From contig QIFG01000037.1 in the NCBI GenBank assembly GCA_003228735.1, positions 10,811 through 34,810 of the forward strand: DNA of 24,000 nucleotides, written 5' to 3'. Shown piece by piece: positions 1-8,111 of this stretch (the first letter of the stretch is position 1; each line of letters begins with the position of its first letter). The translations under genes were made by a program, and so were the position numbers. This stretch comes from Zetaproteobacteria bacterium (GTDB taxonomy: Bacteria; Pseudomonadota; Zetaproteobacteria; Mariprofundales; Mariprofundaceae). Below the pieces are notes generated by a model that ran no database searches, was not told the origin of the DNA, and saw nothing but the letters and a program-made list of their open reading frames with translations.

Positions 1-250
1 GGGAAATGGAGCCGGTGAATGCGCCCTGCGGTTCGAAGTACACATTCTGCGCACCCAGGCGGATATTTCTTTCTCCCAGGAGGTCAGCCAGTGGATGCAG
101 TAGCGTATATGGCGGCATCAGGGCAACCTCGACATGATCCTCCGCTGGATTTTCACCCAGATGCGTTACAAGATCTTTTGCCTCGCTCAGAAGCTCGTTC
201 ATTTTCCAGTTGCCGGCGATTAGATGGCGCTTATGACTGGTGAAACCCAT
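1..250 (-). CDS. tpiA: triosephosphate isomerase, N-terminal 83 codons (gene runs off the window start)
   Basis: Absent from the ORF track because there is no stop in the window. The reverse complement from ATG (250-248) reads MGFTSHKRHLIAGNWKMNELL...RLGAQNVYFEPQGAFTGSIS. AGNWKMN and GAQN..GAFTG are TIM signature blocks. A GGAGGA Shine-Dalgarno (rc of 257-262) lies 6 nt upstream. Confidence 0.85.
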   Translation of the reverse strand, partial: MGFTSHKRHLIAGNWKMNELLSEAKDLVTHLGENPAEDHVEVALMPPYTLLHPLADLLGERNIRLGAQNVYFEPQGAFTGSIS

Positions 251-397
251 GGATTATCCTCCTGCATGGCATGCCTTAAAAAGGGGCGGGAATACTAGAT
301 TCCCCTTCGGCCAAAGCAAGAGGGAATCTCATGATGGTTGTTTGCCGTTCTCCGTTGCCATGCCAAGCATAGGCAATCTTTGCTAGCGTCCCTGCCC

Positions 398-1189
398 ATG
401 CTGGACGGAATCAAAACATATTCAGGCGGAAGGGCGCAGGCCAAAAAATCGCTCGGCCAGCACTTTCTCAGGGATGTCCAGGCCATTCGCCGGATGGTCG
501 AGCTTCTGCCTGCTGGAGCGAGCGTGCTGGAGATTGGCCCCGGTACGGGCGCGTTGACCAAAGACCTGATTGGGCGAGCCGGCCGGCTGACCCTCATTGA
601 GGCGGATGACAGGTTTGCGGCGTATTGGGCGGAGCAGGCTGAGAAGTATTCGCAGCTTTCAGTCGTGCATGCCGATGTGCTCAAGGTTTTGGAAGATGCG
701 GTTGGCCGATGCGCTCCCGAGTGGATTGTCGGCAACCTGCCTTATAATATCAGTGGCCCACTCACCGCCCGCTTGGTTGCGCTACAGGTTTCCGGCGGCA
801 TGATCCTGATGTACCAGAAGGAGGTGGCCGAGCGCCTGCGTGCCGGGCCCGGCAGCAGGGTTTACGGGGGCTTGAGCGTGCTCGTGCGTCACCACTATGA
901 AATCTCGAAACTGTTGAGCCTGCCGCCGGGCGCTTTTTCGCCGTCGCCCAAGGTGCATTCACAGGTGGTGGTCTTGACGCCGCACGGCAGAAGCTCCGTG
1001 TGCAGTTTTGAGGCCTTGCAGCGTACGGTGCGGCAGGGGTTTGCGCATCGGCGCAAGACGTTGAACAATAATTTCAGGGGTGTGTTAAGTGCGGATGACT
1101 GGCAACGGCTCTGCATTGATGCGGCAAAAAGGCCAGAGCAACTGGGCTATGACGCATGGGCCGCCATTGCCGCTTATTTGAAATCCTGA
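398..1189 (+). CDS. rsmA: 16S rRNA (adenine1518/1519-N6)-dimethyltransferase
   Basis: ORF 338..1189. Motifs GQHFL, VLEIGPGTGALT (SAM-binding) and GNLPYNIS are KsgA/RsmA hallmarks. The likely true start is ATG 398 (MLDGIKTY..), because the first 20 codons of the long ORF are not family-like. Confidence 0.9.
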   Translation: MLDGIKTYSGGRAQAKKSLGQHFLRDVQAIRRMVELLPAGASVLEIGPGTGALTKDLIGRAGRLTLIEADDRFAAYWAEQAEKYSQLSVVHADVLKVLEDAVGRCAPEWIVGNLPYNISGPLTARLVALQVSGGMILMYQKEVAERLRAGPGSRVYGGLSVLVRHHYEISKLLSLPPGAFSPSPKVHSQVVVLTPHGRSSVCSFEALQRTVRQGFAHRRKTLNNNFRGVLSADDWQRLCIDAAKRPEQLGYDAWAAIAAYLKS

Positions 1190-1818
1190 TCGCTGGATAC
1201 ACGATAGATCGGCGCCACATCCGAAGGCGATGACCGGGTGATATCGAGATTGTGCAGCAGACCATCCTTGAGGTCGTAAATCCAGCCATGCACATACAGT
1301 TCCTGACCGCGCTCCCAGGCATTCTGCACGATGCGCGTATGGCTTAGATTCGCCACCTGATGCGCAACATTGAATTCGCACAGCTTATCCATCTTCTCGT
1401 GCTCACTGCACTCGATTATTTCGTCTTCATGCTTGATATAGATGTCGCGGATGACGCGAATCCAGTTGTCGACAATGCCATGATGTTGTTTCTCTAATGC
1501 GGCGTTCACGGCTCCGCAGTCGTGATGTCCTGCAACGATGATGTGTTTGACGCCGAGCACATCAACGGCGTACTGCACGGCCGACAGGCAGTTCAGGTCG
1601 TTATGGGCGACAATATTGCCGACATTGCGGTGCACGAATACCTCGCCCGGTTGCAGGCCGATAATTTCATTGGCTGGCACGCGGCTGTCCGAACAGCCGA
1701 TCCACAGGTATTTCGGTTTGTGCTGGCTCGATAACCGTTTGAAGAAATCCGGATCCTCGCTGAGGCGGGATTTGGCCCAGCGGCGGTTGTTTTCGAGAAG
1801 CCCGTTCAGTTCATCCAT
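1174..1818 (-). CDS. can: beta-class carbonic anhydrase
   Basis: 214 aa with the zinc-ligand motifs CSDSRV and GHHDCGA typical of beta-CA. Its 3' end overlaps the rsmA 3' end by 16 nt (convergent). Confidence 0.88.
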   Translation of the reverse strand: MDELNGLLENNRRWAKSRLSEDPDFFKRLSSQHKPKYLWIGCSDSRVPANEIIGLQPGEVFVHRNVGNIVAHNDLNCLSAVQYAVDVLGVKHIIVAGHHDCGAVNAALEKQHHGIVDNWIRVIRDIYIKHEDEIIECSEHEKMDKLCEFNVAHQVANLSHTRIVQNAWERGQELYVHGWIYDLKDGLLHNLDITRSSPSDVAPIYRVSSDQDFK

Positions 1819-1838
1819 TTTGTGTCCTGTAAGGGGGT

Positions 1839-2126
1839 CTAGTGGCCTGATGCCGGCGAGGAACTGGCCGAACCCTGCAGCCAGTCATCCAGTTCGCCCT
1901 TACGATCCAGGGCATGCAGTTCATCGTAGCCGCCGACATGGCGATCGTTGATGAAGATTTGCGGAATGCTGCGGCCGCCGTCGGTGCGTTTCACCATTTC
2001 TGCGCGCTTGTCCTGATCGGCATATACGTCGTACTCGGTATAATCCAGGCCCTTTTTCTTCAACAGCGCCTTGGCCCGCATGCAGTAGCCGCAGAACGGC
2101 CCGGAATAGATTTCGATCTTACTCAT
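1839..2126 (-). CDS. grxC: glutaredoxin 3-type glutaredoxin
   Basis: 95 aa. MSKIEIYSGPFCGYCMRAKALLKKKG...SIPQIFINDRHVGGYDEL matches the Grx3 layout. The active site reads CGYC rather than the usual CPYC. Confidence 0.88.
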   Translation of the reverse strand: MSKIEIYSGPFCGYCMRAKALLKKKGLDYTEYDVYADQDKRAEMVKRTDGGRSIPQIFINDRHVGGYDELHALDRKGELDDWLQGSASSSPASGH

Positions 2127-2211
2127 AGCGGCCGCAGCCTAGCCCGGATATTTCACGAGATCACGGAAAAATGGCGCAGAGCAAGTGCGGCAGGCGTGGC
2201 TTTTCGGTGAG

Positions 2212-2235
2212 AAAGCATAGCAGTTGCTATGCTTT
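2212..2235. promoter_or_regulatory. perfect 10-bp-stem palindrome (AAAGCATAGC agtt GCTATGCTTT) in the comF-grxC intergenic region
   Basis: Read directly: arms 2212-2221 and 2226-2235 are exact reverse complements around a 4-nt loop. No U-tract follows on either strand, so it could be a weak terminator for comF or an operator in the grxC upstream region. Function unknown. Confidence 0.35.
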
Positions 2236-2346
2236 AAGCTGAAAAGCCATGATCCGGCGCGGTTGAGCAAGCCAGATTCCGTGAATGGCAAAGCGTCATT
2301 GAAGGAAATATTCATCCAAATTGTTTGCTCTTGTGAAACATCCGGG

Positions 2347-3111
2347 CTAACCACCGCGCAGTGTACGTGCCAGTGTAAAGGCGTGGATGGGCTGTTTCAT
2401 GGGCCTGAGCGCCCGGCAGGCGGTGCGCAGGGTGGTGCCGGTGGTGAGAATATCGTCGATGACCCAGATGCGTCCCTGTACGCCTTTGTTCTGCCATGCG
2501 TCTTTATTCAGGCTGAAGGCGCGGCCCAGATTTCTGCGCCGCTTGCTTCCGGCCAGTGAGGATTGCCGGGGTTGCTCGCCGGTTCGTCTCAGCAGCCGCC
2601 ACTCAACGCGGCTGCCGGTAATGTTGGCAATGTGCCCGCACAGATCGGCGGCATGGTGCTGGCCGGTCTTGCGCATGCGATTCAACGGCATTGGCACGGG
2701 CAGCAGAATATCTTCGGGCGCAAAAACCTGTTGCAGCCGCTTCTCTGCTATCTCCAGCAGCCATAACAGGCCGGCATCACGGCCTTGCAGCTTCCAGTTA
2801 AGGATCGCCTCGCGTACAGGGCCATCATAACCATACAGGCTGACGGTCTGTGCCTGAGGAGGTGATTTTCGCAGGCAGCCACCGCAGGGCCCCGGCGCCA
2901 GATCGGCAGGCAATGGCTTGCCGCAACGACCGCAGCGGTGCGGACCCAGCACCCGAATCTGCTCCGTGCAACCCTCGCAGCAGGCATGCCGCCGGGCCAT
3001 ATGCGTCCGGCAAAAAATGCAACGAGGCGGAAAAAGGGGCCGCAGTATGCGGTCAACCCAGGTATGCGATCCGGTTGACACCATAGCCATGGCATCCAGC
3101 ATGCCGCGCAT
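2347..3111 (-). CDS. comF: ComF-family protein (phosphoribosyltransferase domain with N-terminal Cys-rich zinc ribbon)
   Basis: ORF 2347..3189. N-terminal CxxC clusters (RCIFCRT..CCEGC..RCGRCGK..CGGC). C-terminal PRTase motif VWVIDDILTTGTTL. The start is ambiguous: in-frame ATGs sit at 3189, 3111, 3102, 3090 and 3084. Family length favours 3084-3111. Confidence 0.8.
   Translation of the reverse strand: MRGMLDAMAMVSTGSHTWVDRILRPLFPPRCIFCRTHMARRHACCEGCTEQIRVLGPHRCGRCGKPLPADLAPGPCGGCLRKSPPQAQTVSLYGYDGPVREAILNWKLQGRDAGLLWLLEIAEKRLQQVFAPEDILLPVPMPLNRMRKTGQHHAADLCGHIANITGSRVEWRLLRRTGEQPRQSSLAGSKRRRNLGRAFSLNKDAWQNKGVQGRIWVIDDILTTGTTLRTACRALRPMKQPIHAFTLARTLRGG
3051..3080. promoter_or_regulatory. candidate BirA operator (bioO): GGTCAACC-N14-GGTTGACA
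   Basis: Inverted repeat read directly: 3051-3058 GGTCAACC and 3073-3080 GGTTGACA, with a 14-nt spacer. It matches the established BirA half-site pattern TGT(A/T/C)AACC-N14-16-GGTT..ACA. It lies 9-30 nt upstream of the candidate bioF start codons. Confidence 0.55.
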
Positions 3112-4252
3112 GTCCGATAGCCGCAATTGGTTTGAATCCTTGCCTGAGTCGCGCCGGCGGTGCCTGCCGAATTGTACACACGATGGCATCTATCTGCATG
3201 TGGACGGCAGACGGCTGGTCAATTTTGCCTCGAACGATTATCTGGGCCTGAGCACACATTCCGATATCTGCCGGGCCGCGGCAGAAAGCATTGAGAGAAG
3301 TGGCTTCGGCAGCGGCGCCTCAAGGCTGATTTCCGGTGATTGTCCGGAGTTGCATGAGTTGGAAAAAGAACTGGCCGGCTGGAAGGAATATGAGGCGGCA
3401 CTCGTTGTCGGTTCCGGCATGCTGGCCAATCTCGGCCTGCTCGATGCCCTGGCCGACCGGCATACGCATCTGTTTTGCGACCGGCTGAACCATGCCTCGC
3501 TGGTTGACGGTGCGCGGCTCTGCCGGGGCCACGTGCACCGTTTTCCGCATCTTGATTCTGCCAGTCTGGAAAAGCTACTCGGTCACCTTGAGGCAGCGCA
3601 GAAGATCATCGTCAGCGATGGCGTCTTCAGCATGGATGGCGACACAGCAGATGTGTTCGCCCTGCTCAAGTTAGCTGAGACATACGATGCATTGATGGTC
3701 ATTGATGATGCGCATGGCACCGGCGTCATTGGCCCGCAAGGCCGCGGTCTTATGGCTGAGATTGGAGCCTGTGGCCATCCGCGCGTTATCGAGGTTGGCA
3801 CCTTCGGCAAGGCCCTGGGCGGCTATGGCGCCTTTATTCTGGGCACGAAAGAGATGATCGAGGGGCTCAGACAGCGGCTGCGCACGATGATCTATTCCAC
3901 AGCCCTGCCGCCGTCTATGCCAGCCGCCGCTCTGGCTGCCCTGCGCCTCGTACAGGAAGGCGAGTTGCTGGCTCGGTTGCAGGACAATCTTTCCAACTTT
4001 TTTCATTTGGCAGAGCAGGTCGACATTGAGCTTCTGGAATCGCGCACGCCGATCCAGCCGATGTTAATCGGGGATGATGCGGCAGCATTACGCGCCTCGC
4101 AGGATTTGCGCGAGGCAGGCTTCTTCGTACCGGCCATCCGTCCGCCGACCGTGCCCGAGGGTACGGCCAGGCTGCGCATCACGATTTCCGCCGCGCACAA
4201 TGAAGAACAGATCACGTCACTGGTAGAAGCCCTGTCCAAGGTAAAGCCATGA
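3089..4252 (+). CDS. bioF: 8-amino-7-oxononanoate synthase
   Basis: ORF 2918..4252. It has the class-II aminotransferase/AONS pattern (NFASNDYLGL, PLP region GTFGKALG). The first ~57 codons of the long ORF are antisense to comF and not family-like. Likely starts are ATG 3089, 3101 or 3110. The stop overlaps the bioH start (ATGATG, 4249-4252). Confidence 0.9.
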   Translation: MASSMPRMSDSRNWFESLPESRRRCLPNCTHDGIYLHVDGRRLVNFASNDYLGLSTHSDICRAAAESIERSGFGSGASRLISGDCPELHELEKELAGWKEYEAALVVGSGMLANLGLLDALADRHTHLFCDRLNHASLVDGARLCRGHVHRFPHLDSASLEKLLGHLEAAQKIIVSDGVFSMDGDTADVFALLKLAETYDALMVIDDAHGTGVIGPQGRGLMAEIGACGHPRVIEVGTFGKALGGYGAFILGTKEMIEGLRQRLRTMIYSTALPPSMPAAALAALRLVQEGELLARLQDNLSNFFHLAEQVDIELLESRTPIQPMLIGDDAAALRASQDLREAGFFVPAIRPPTVPEGTARLRITISAAHNEEQITSLVEALSKVKP

Positions 4253-4986
4253 TGCCGCTGACGTTTATCCATGGCTGGGGCCAGTCGGCCCAGGTCTGGC
4301 ATGCCCAGCGGGAGTGTTTCAGGACGGACTGGCCGGTCAGCATGCCCAATCTTCCCGGTCATGGTGGAGTGGTGGATGCGCCTGCTTCTGAATGGGCGGA
4401 TATTCTGTTGGCCGGGATGCCGGAGGAGCCATCTGTACTCATCGGCTGGTCGCTGGGCGGCATGCTGGCCATGCAGATGGCAATGGCATTCCCGCAGAGG
4501 ATTGCCGGGCTGGTGCTGGTATCGACAACGCCATGCTTTCGTAACAAGTCCGGGTGGGAGCATGGCTGCCCGGATGCGGTGTTTCATGATTTTGAGTCGG
4601 GCGTGCAGGAAAACTCGCTGAAGGCCATGAGCCGGTTTTTCGCCCTGATGTTGCATGGCGATGATTTGACAAGGCCTGAATACAACGAGATTGCGAGGGC
4701 TGCCGTGGATCGCAGTAACCCGGCCAGTACGGATGGCCTGCGGCAGGGATTGTCGCTGCTGGGGGAGCTGGACTTGCGGGATATGCTGATTGACATCGAC
4801 CTGCCCTGTCTGGTGATGCATGGCGATCAGGATGCCGTGGCGCCGGTTGCTGCCGGCGAGTATCTTGCCGGCCATATTTCCGGAGCAGCGTTTGAATGCC
4901 TTGAGGGATGCGGCCACGCACCGTTTTTGACGCAGCCCGGGAAATTCAATCAGCGACTGGAGGACTGGTGCCGGAACATCATCTAA
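4249..4986 (+). CDS. bioH: pimeloyl-ACP methyl ester carboxylesterase (alpha/beta hydrolase)
   Basis: 245 aa with nucleophile elbow GWSLGG, an Asp in GDQDAV and a His in GCGHAPF. It sits between bioF and bioC, as in bioFHCD clusters. Confidence 0.82.
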   Translation: MMPLTFIHGWGQSAQVWHAQRECFRTDWPVSMPNLPGHGGVVDAPASEWADILLAGMPEEPSVLIGWSLGGMLAMQMAMAFPQRIAGLVLVSTTPCFRNKSGWEHGCPDAVFHDFESGVQENSLKAMSRFFALMLHGDDLTRPEYNEIARAAVDRSNPASTDGLRQGLSLLGELDLRDMLIDIDLPCLVMHGDQDAVAPVAAGEYLAGHISGAAFECLEGCGHAPFLTQPGKFNQRLEDWCRNII

Positions 4987-5849
4987 ACAGCGCGCGGGTC
5001 AGGGATGCATTTTCCAGAGCCGTAGACAGCTACGACGAGCATGCCGTGCTGCAGCGCGAGATTGCCGATCGGCTTGTGAACCATCTGGAGTTTGCGAAGA
5101 TCAAGCCGGGCCGCATTCTTGATATCGGTTGTGGCACTGGCTATTGCACACGCCTTCTGCGTGAGCGCTTCAAGCGCGCCGACATCCACGGCCTTGATGT
5201 GTCCGCTGCCATGCTTGCGAAGGCGCATCAGTCCACGCCACGCGGCATGCCATGGCATGGCCGCTGCCGCTTCCAGCAAGCCGATGCCATGCATCTGCCA
5301 TACCGGGACGGCAGCTTCGATCTTGTCTGCTCGAACCTGACCATGCAGTGGGTTGCCGAGCCTGAGCTGATGCTGGCCGAGATGCGGCGGGTGTTGGCGC
5401 CGGGTGGCCTGCTGATATTCTCGACCTTTGGCCGCCGTACGCTTTCCGAACTGCGCCAGTCGCTGGCGGGTATCGCGCATGAAAAGGCTGGCCTGGTGCT
5501 GCCGTTTCCGGACGTGATGACCCTTGGTGATGCACTGATGAAGCTGCCGCTTGAACTGCCGGTGACCGACTCGGATATCTTCACGCTGACCTACCCGGAT
5601 ACGATGGCGCTGGTGCGAGAGTTGAAGCGTCTAGGCGCCTCTTCATCCGCCATCGCCAACCGGCCGGACGGCCTGTATGGAAGGGGGCTGCTGAAGAAGC
5701 TGGATCATATCTACGGGGAGTCCCACCGCATGGAGGACGGGCGCATCCGCGCCACCTTCGAGGCGCTTTATGCCCAGGCCTGGTATGCCGAGGAGCCTTT
5801 CAAGCCCCAGGGCGAAATCATTCCGATCGAGCTGGAACATGGTGCGTAG
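4968..5849 (+). CDS. bioC: malonyl-ACP O-methyltransferase
   Basis: ORF 4908..5849. SAM motif ILDIGCGTGYCT and the conserved N-terminal VRDAFSRAVDSYDEHAVLQREIA. The probable start is the in-frame GTG 4968, preceded by GGAGGA (4959-4964). ATG 4908 is the alternative and would overlap bioH by 79 nt. Confidence 0.85.
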   Translation: MPEHHLNSARVRDAFSRAVDSYDEHAVLQREIADRLVNHLEFAKIKPGRILDIGCGTGYCTRLLRERFKRADIHGLDVSAAMLAKAHQSTPRGMPWHGRCRFQQADAMHLPYRDGSFDLVCSNLTMQWVAEPELMLAEMRRVLAPGGLLIFSTFGRRTLSELRQSLAGIAHEKAGLVLPFPDVMTLGDALMKLPLELPVTDSDIFTLTYPDTMALVRELKRLGASSSAIANRPDGLYGRGLLKKLDHIYGESHRMEDGRIRATFEALYAQAWYAEEPFKPQGEIIPIELEHGA

Positions 5850-6501
5850 GATATTTATCACCGCCACCGACACCGGCGCCGGTAAAACATATGTAACGGC
5901 TTCATTGCTGCGCGCCCTGAAGGAAGCAGGGAAAGAGGTGGTTGGCCTGAAGCCTGTTGCCGCTGGCTGCGAGGGGGCAAAGGTCAATCCGGATGTTTCT
6001 GCGCTGCTCGAAGCCCAAGGGCTGCCGGAATCCGATGCCGCGAACATCAACCTATATAGTTTCGATGCCGCACTGGCTCCATCCCAAGCTGCTGCCGAGG
6101 AAGGTAGACTCATCGACCCCCAAGAGCTGGTTGGCTGGTGTAAGGAGAAATCCGGTAGCCATGACATCAGCCTGATCGAAGGCGTCGGCGGCCTGATGGC
6201 GCCACTGACGGAGGATTACCTCGTGTCCGACTGGTTGGATGACATGCCGGACTGCGAGGTGATGCTTGTTGTCCGCGCCCGCCTCGGCGGCATCAACCAC
6301 GCCTTACTCACACTGGATAAACTGAATTACATGGGTCGTCCGCCTCGATGGGTCGTCATCAATGATACCGACAATGTAGGAAAAGAAATGATTGAAGCTC
6401 ATGCGCAGGCTCTTACCAGTAGAACTTCAACTGGACCTATTACTTGCCTTTCTTACTCTGCCGAAATTGACGCATTCGACTGGAGTATTGTTGTTCCATA
6501 G
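5839..6501 (+). CDS. bioD: dethiobiotin synthetase
   Basis: ORF 5770..6501. The P-loop ITATDTGAGKTYVT follows directly after ATG 5839 (MVRRIFITATD..), which overlaps the bioC stop by 11 nt. The last ~47 codons are markedly AT-rich (58/140 G+C by hand count). Confidence 0.88.
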   Translation: MVRRIFITATDTGAGKTYVTASLLRALKEAGKEVVGLKPVAAGCEGAKVNPDVSALLEAQGLPESDAANINLYSFDAALAPSQAAAEEGRLIDPQELVGWCKEKSGSHDISLIEGVGGLMAPLTEDYLVSDWLDDMPDCEVMLVVRARLGGINHALLTLDKLNYMGRPPRWVVINDTDNVGKEMIEAHAQALTSRTSTGPITCLSYSAEIDAFDWSIVVP

Positions 6502-6520
6502 GTATGGGCTGACTCTCCCT

Positions 6521-7276
6521 TTAGAAGCCCAGCTTCCTTGGAAGGCGTTCTTTTGATGAACTGAATTTCACCAATTCTTCCCAGATGATTTCTCCGTTAG
6601 TGCAAAAGTGTTCCATGAATAGCTGTGTAAACTGATTAATGACTTTCGCATATTGTTTGTCGAAAGATTCATTTTTTTCTTTGGCCTTATGTCCAAGAGG
6701 CTCAATGATTTCGGTATACATGTCTGGGTCTCCGGAAACAAACTCCCAAAAGTGCTGCCCACAATATTTGAAATAGTCTCCTTTGTCAGGGCGTGAATCA
6801 CGTCCGTAGCAACAACCATTCACAGCGTTAACATGAACGCTAGAATTGCTTGTTCGGAGAACACGGGCTGCTCTTTTGAAGTCTTCTCTCATTTTCGTAA
6901 TTTGCCTGCTGTTTCCCCAATTAGGGCCAGACTTGATAGATACAATGTAGCGGATGCCATCATTATCAAATTCGAGATCAATTCCTTCCGTAGCTGACTT
7001 TCTTCCGCTATAAATATCTGCATTAATAAAAATGGCAAGGTCTTCAAGAAAGTCGCCGAACAGGGTCTCTTCTTGGGAAGACAGGTGTGCATCCAAAAGG
7101 GTTTTAACAAGGTCTTGCGCAGTCAGAATATTTTTAGCTTTGAAAAGATAGGGGTTTTTCCGCTTGAGAACCCTGCTTAATTTGAGTTCACAAAGGCTTT
7201 CCAAGCGTTTGCTGTGAAAATCGCCAATATGATTGGCGACATAGCCGTTAGCCTTTTGAATGATTGTTTGCGGCAT
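6521..7276 (-). CDS. candidate type II restriction endonuclease (PD-(D/E)XK-like; family and specificity undetermined)
   Basis: ORF 6521..7294 starts at a GTG. The better start is ATG 7276, which has AGAGGA 6 nt upstream. It lies immediately downstream of the MTase and overlaps it by 29 nt. Candidate catalytic block EGIDLEFDNDGIRYIVSIKSGPNWGNS (D..SxK variant). From memory it resembles Eco47II/TdeIII-type enzymes; I could not verify this. Confidence 0.6.
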   Translation of the reverse strand: MPQTIIQKANGYVANHIGDFHSKRLESLCELKLSRVLKRKNPYLFKAKNILTAQDLVKTLLDAHLSSQEETLFGDFLEDLAIFINADIYSGRKSATEGIDLEFDNDGIRYIVSIKSGPNWGNSRQITKMREDFKRAARVLRTSNSSVHVNAVNGCCYGRDSRPDKGDYFKYCGQHFWEFVSGDPDMYTEIIEPLGHKAKEKNESFDKQYAKVINQFTQLFMEHFCTNGEIIWEELVKFSSSKERLPRKLGF

Positions 7277-8111
7277 ATGTTTTTTCCTCTTCACACAGAA
7301 AAGCCTGCTTGGGGTGCGTAGCTTCGTACACCATTGAGTAGTAGTCGTGGTTAATATCTATGCCTATAGCATGTCGCTGAATACGTTGAGCTACGTATAT
7401 CGAAGTGCCTGAGCCCATAAAAGGGTCTAGCACAGTGTCTCCTTCCTCAGTGAATAGATTAATAAACCACTCTGGCAGCCTTTCTGGAAAAGCAGCGCTG
7501 TGGTTGCGGTTGCCACACTCGGTTGCCATGTGTAACACATTAGTCGGGTAGGCCATTCTGCGCCCTATCCAGTTGGAAATATTTTTTCCAAAACCGCTTT
7601 CAACCTTGGATTCATCCCGGCGTAAGTCGGTTTCACTTAATTTTCTTAGCCGGGTTTGTGCCCAGTCTCCCATGGGAACCATGACTTCCTCTTGGTACAT
7701 CTTAAATTGCCGTTGTTTGTTGAATTGGAGTAGTCGCTCCCAGGTATCGCGGAAGCGGTTTGGCCATTTGCCCGGGTAACAGTTCTTTTTGTGCCAGATA
7801 AACTCTTCAGTCCAAAGCCACCCCTGCTTTCGCATGGCAAGTATCAGTTCAAGCACATAGGTATGCCTTTCACCGCTGACAACGCGTTCTTTTATGTTGA
7901 GGATAAATGTTCCCGTAGGTTTTAATACCCGGAGAAGTTGCTCGGAAATTGGCAGAAACCACTCCACATATTCATCTGGGTGAATACCTCCATACGTGTG
8001 CTTGCGCTGATCAGCATAGGGGGGAGAGGTAATAATTAAATCCACCGAGTTATCTTCAAGATGCGCTAGTTCCTGGAGGGCATCACCTAGGTACAGGTCA
8101 ATATCTACCAT
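7248..8111 (-). CDS. beta-class N4-cytosine/N6-adenine DNA methyltransferase (SPPY, so probably m4C)
   Basis: 287 aa. Motif IV DLIITSPPYADQ is near the N-terminus and motif I VLDPFMGSGTS near the C-terminus, which is the beta permutation. SPPY is typical of m4C enzymes, whereas DPPY is typical of m6A enzymes. Confidence 0.88.
   Translation of the reverse strand: MVDIDLYLGDALQELAHLEDNSVDLIITSPPYADQRKHTYGGIHPDEYVEWFLPISEQLLRVLKPTGTFILNIKERVVSGERHTYVLELILAMRKQGWLWTEEFIWHKKNCYPGKWPNRFRDTWERLLQFNKQRQFKMYQEEVMVPMGDWAQTRLRKLSETDLRRDESKVESGFGKNISNWIGRRMAYPTNVLHMATECGNRNHSAAFPERLPEWFINLFTEEGDTVLDPFMGSGTSIYVAQRIQRHAIGIDINHDYYSMVYEATHPKQAFLCEEEKTYAANNHSKG

Noticed and set aside
19-243. 74-aa plus-strand ORF at the window start
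   Set aside because: The opposite strand encodes an unmistakable tpiA N-terminus (AGNWKMN) with a strong Shine-Dalgarno, so the plus ORF is antisense noise.
338-397. N-terminal extensions of the longest-ORF calls (338 for rsmA, 2918 for bioF, 5770 for bioD, 16568 for ygfA, 18623 for acs, 10647 for murJ, 3189 for comF)
   Set aside because: The extensions are not family-like, overlap neighbouring genes or the 6S RNA, and better starts with Shine-Dalgarno sequences exist downstream.
3075-3080. Perfect TTGACA hexamer as a -35 element for bioF
   Set aside because: No acceptable -10 lies 16-18 nt downstream, and the candidate start codons begin only 9-30 nt away. The hexamer is better explained as the right half-site of the BirA operator.
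4003-4917. 304-aa ORF on the minus strand
   Set aside because: It is entirely antisense to bioF/bioH/bioC. It is Arg/His/Pro/Gly-rich and low in complexity, as expected for the antisense frame of GC-rich coding DNA. It has no motif and no Shine-Dalgarno.
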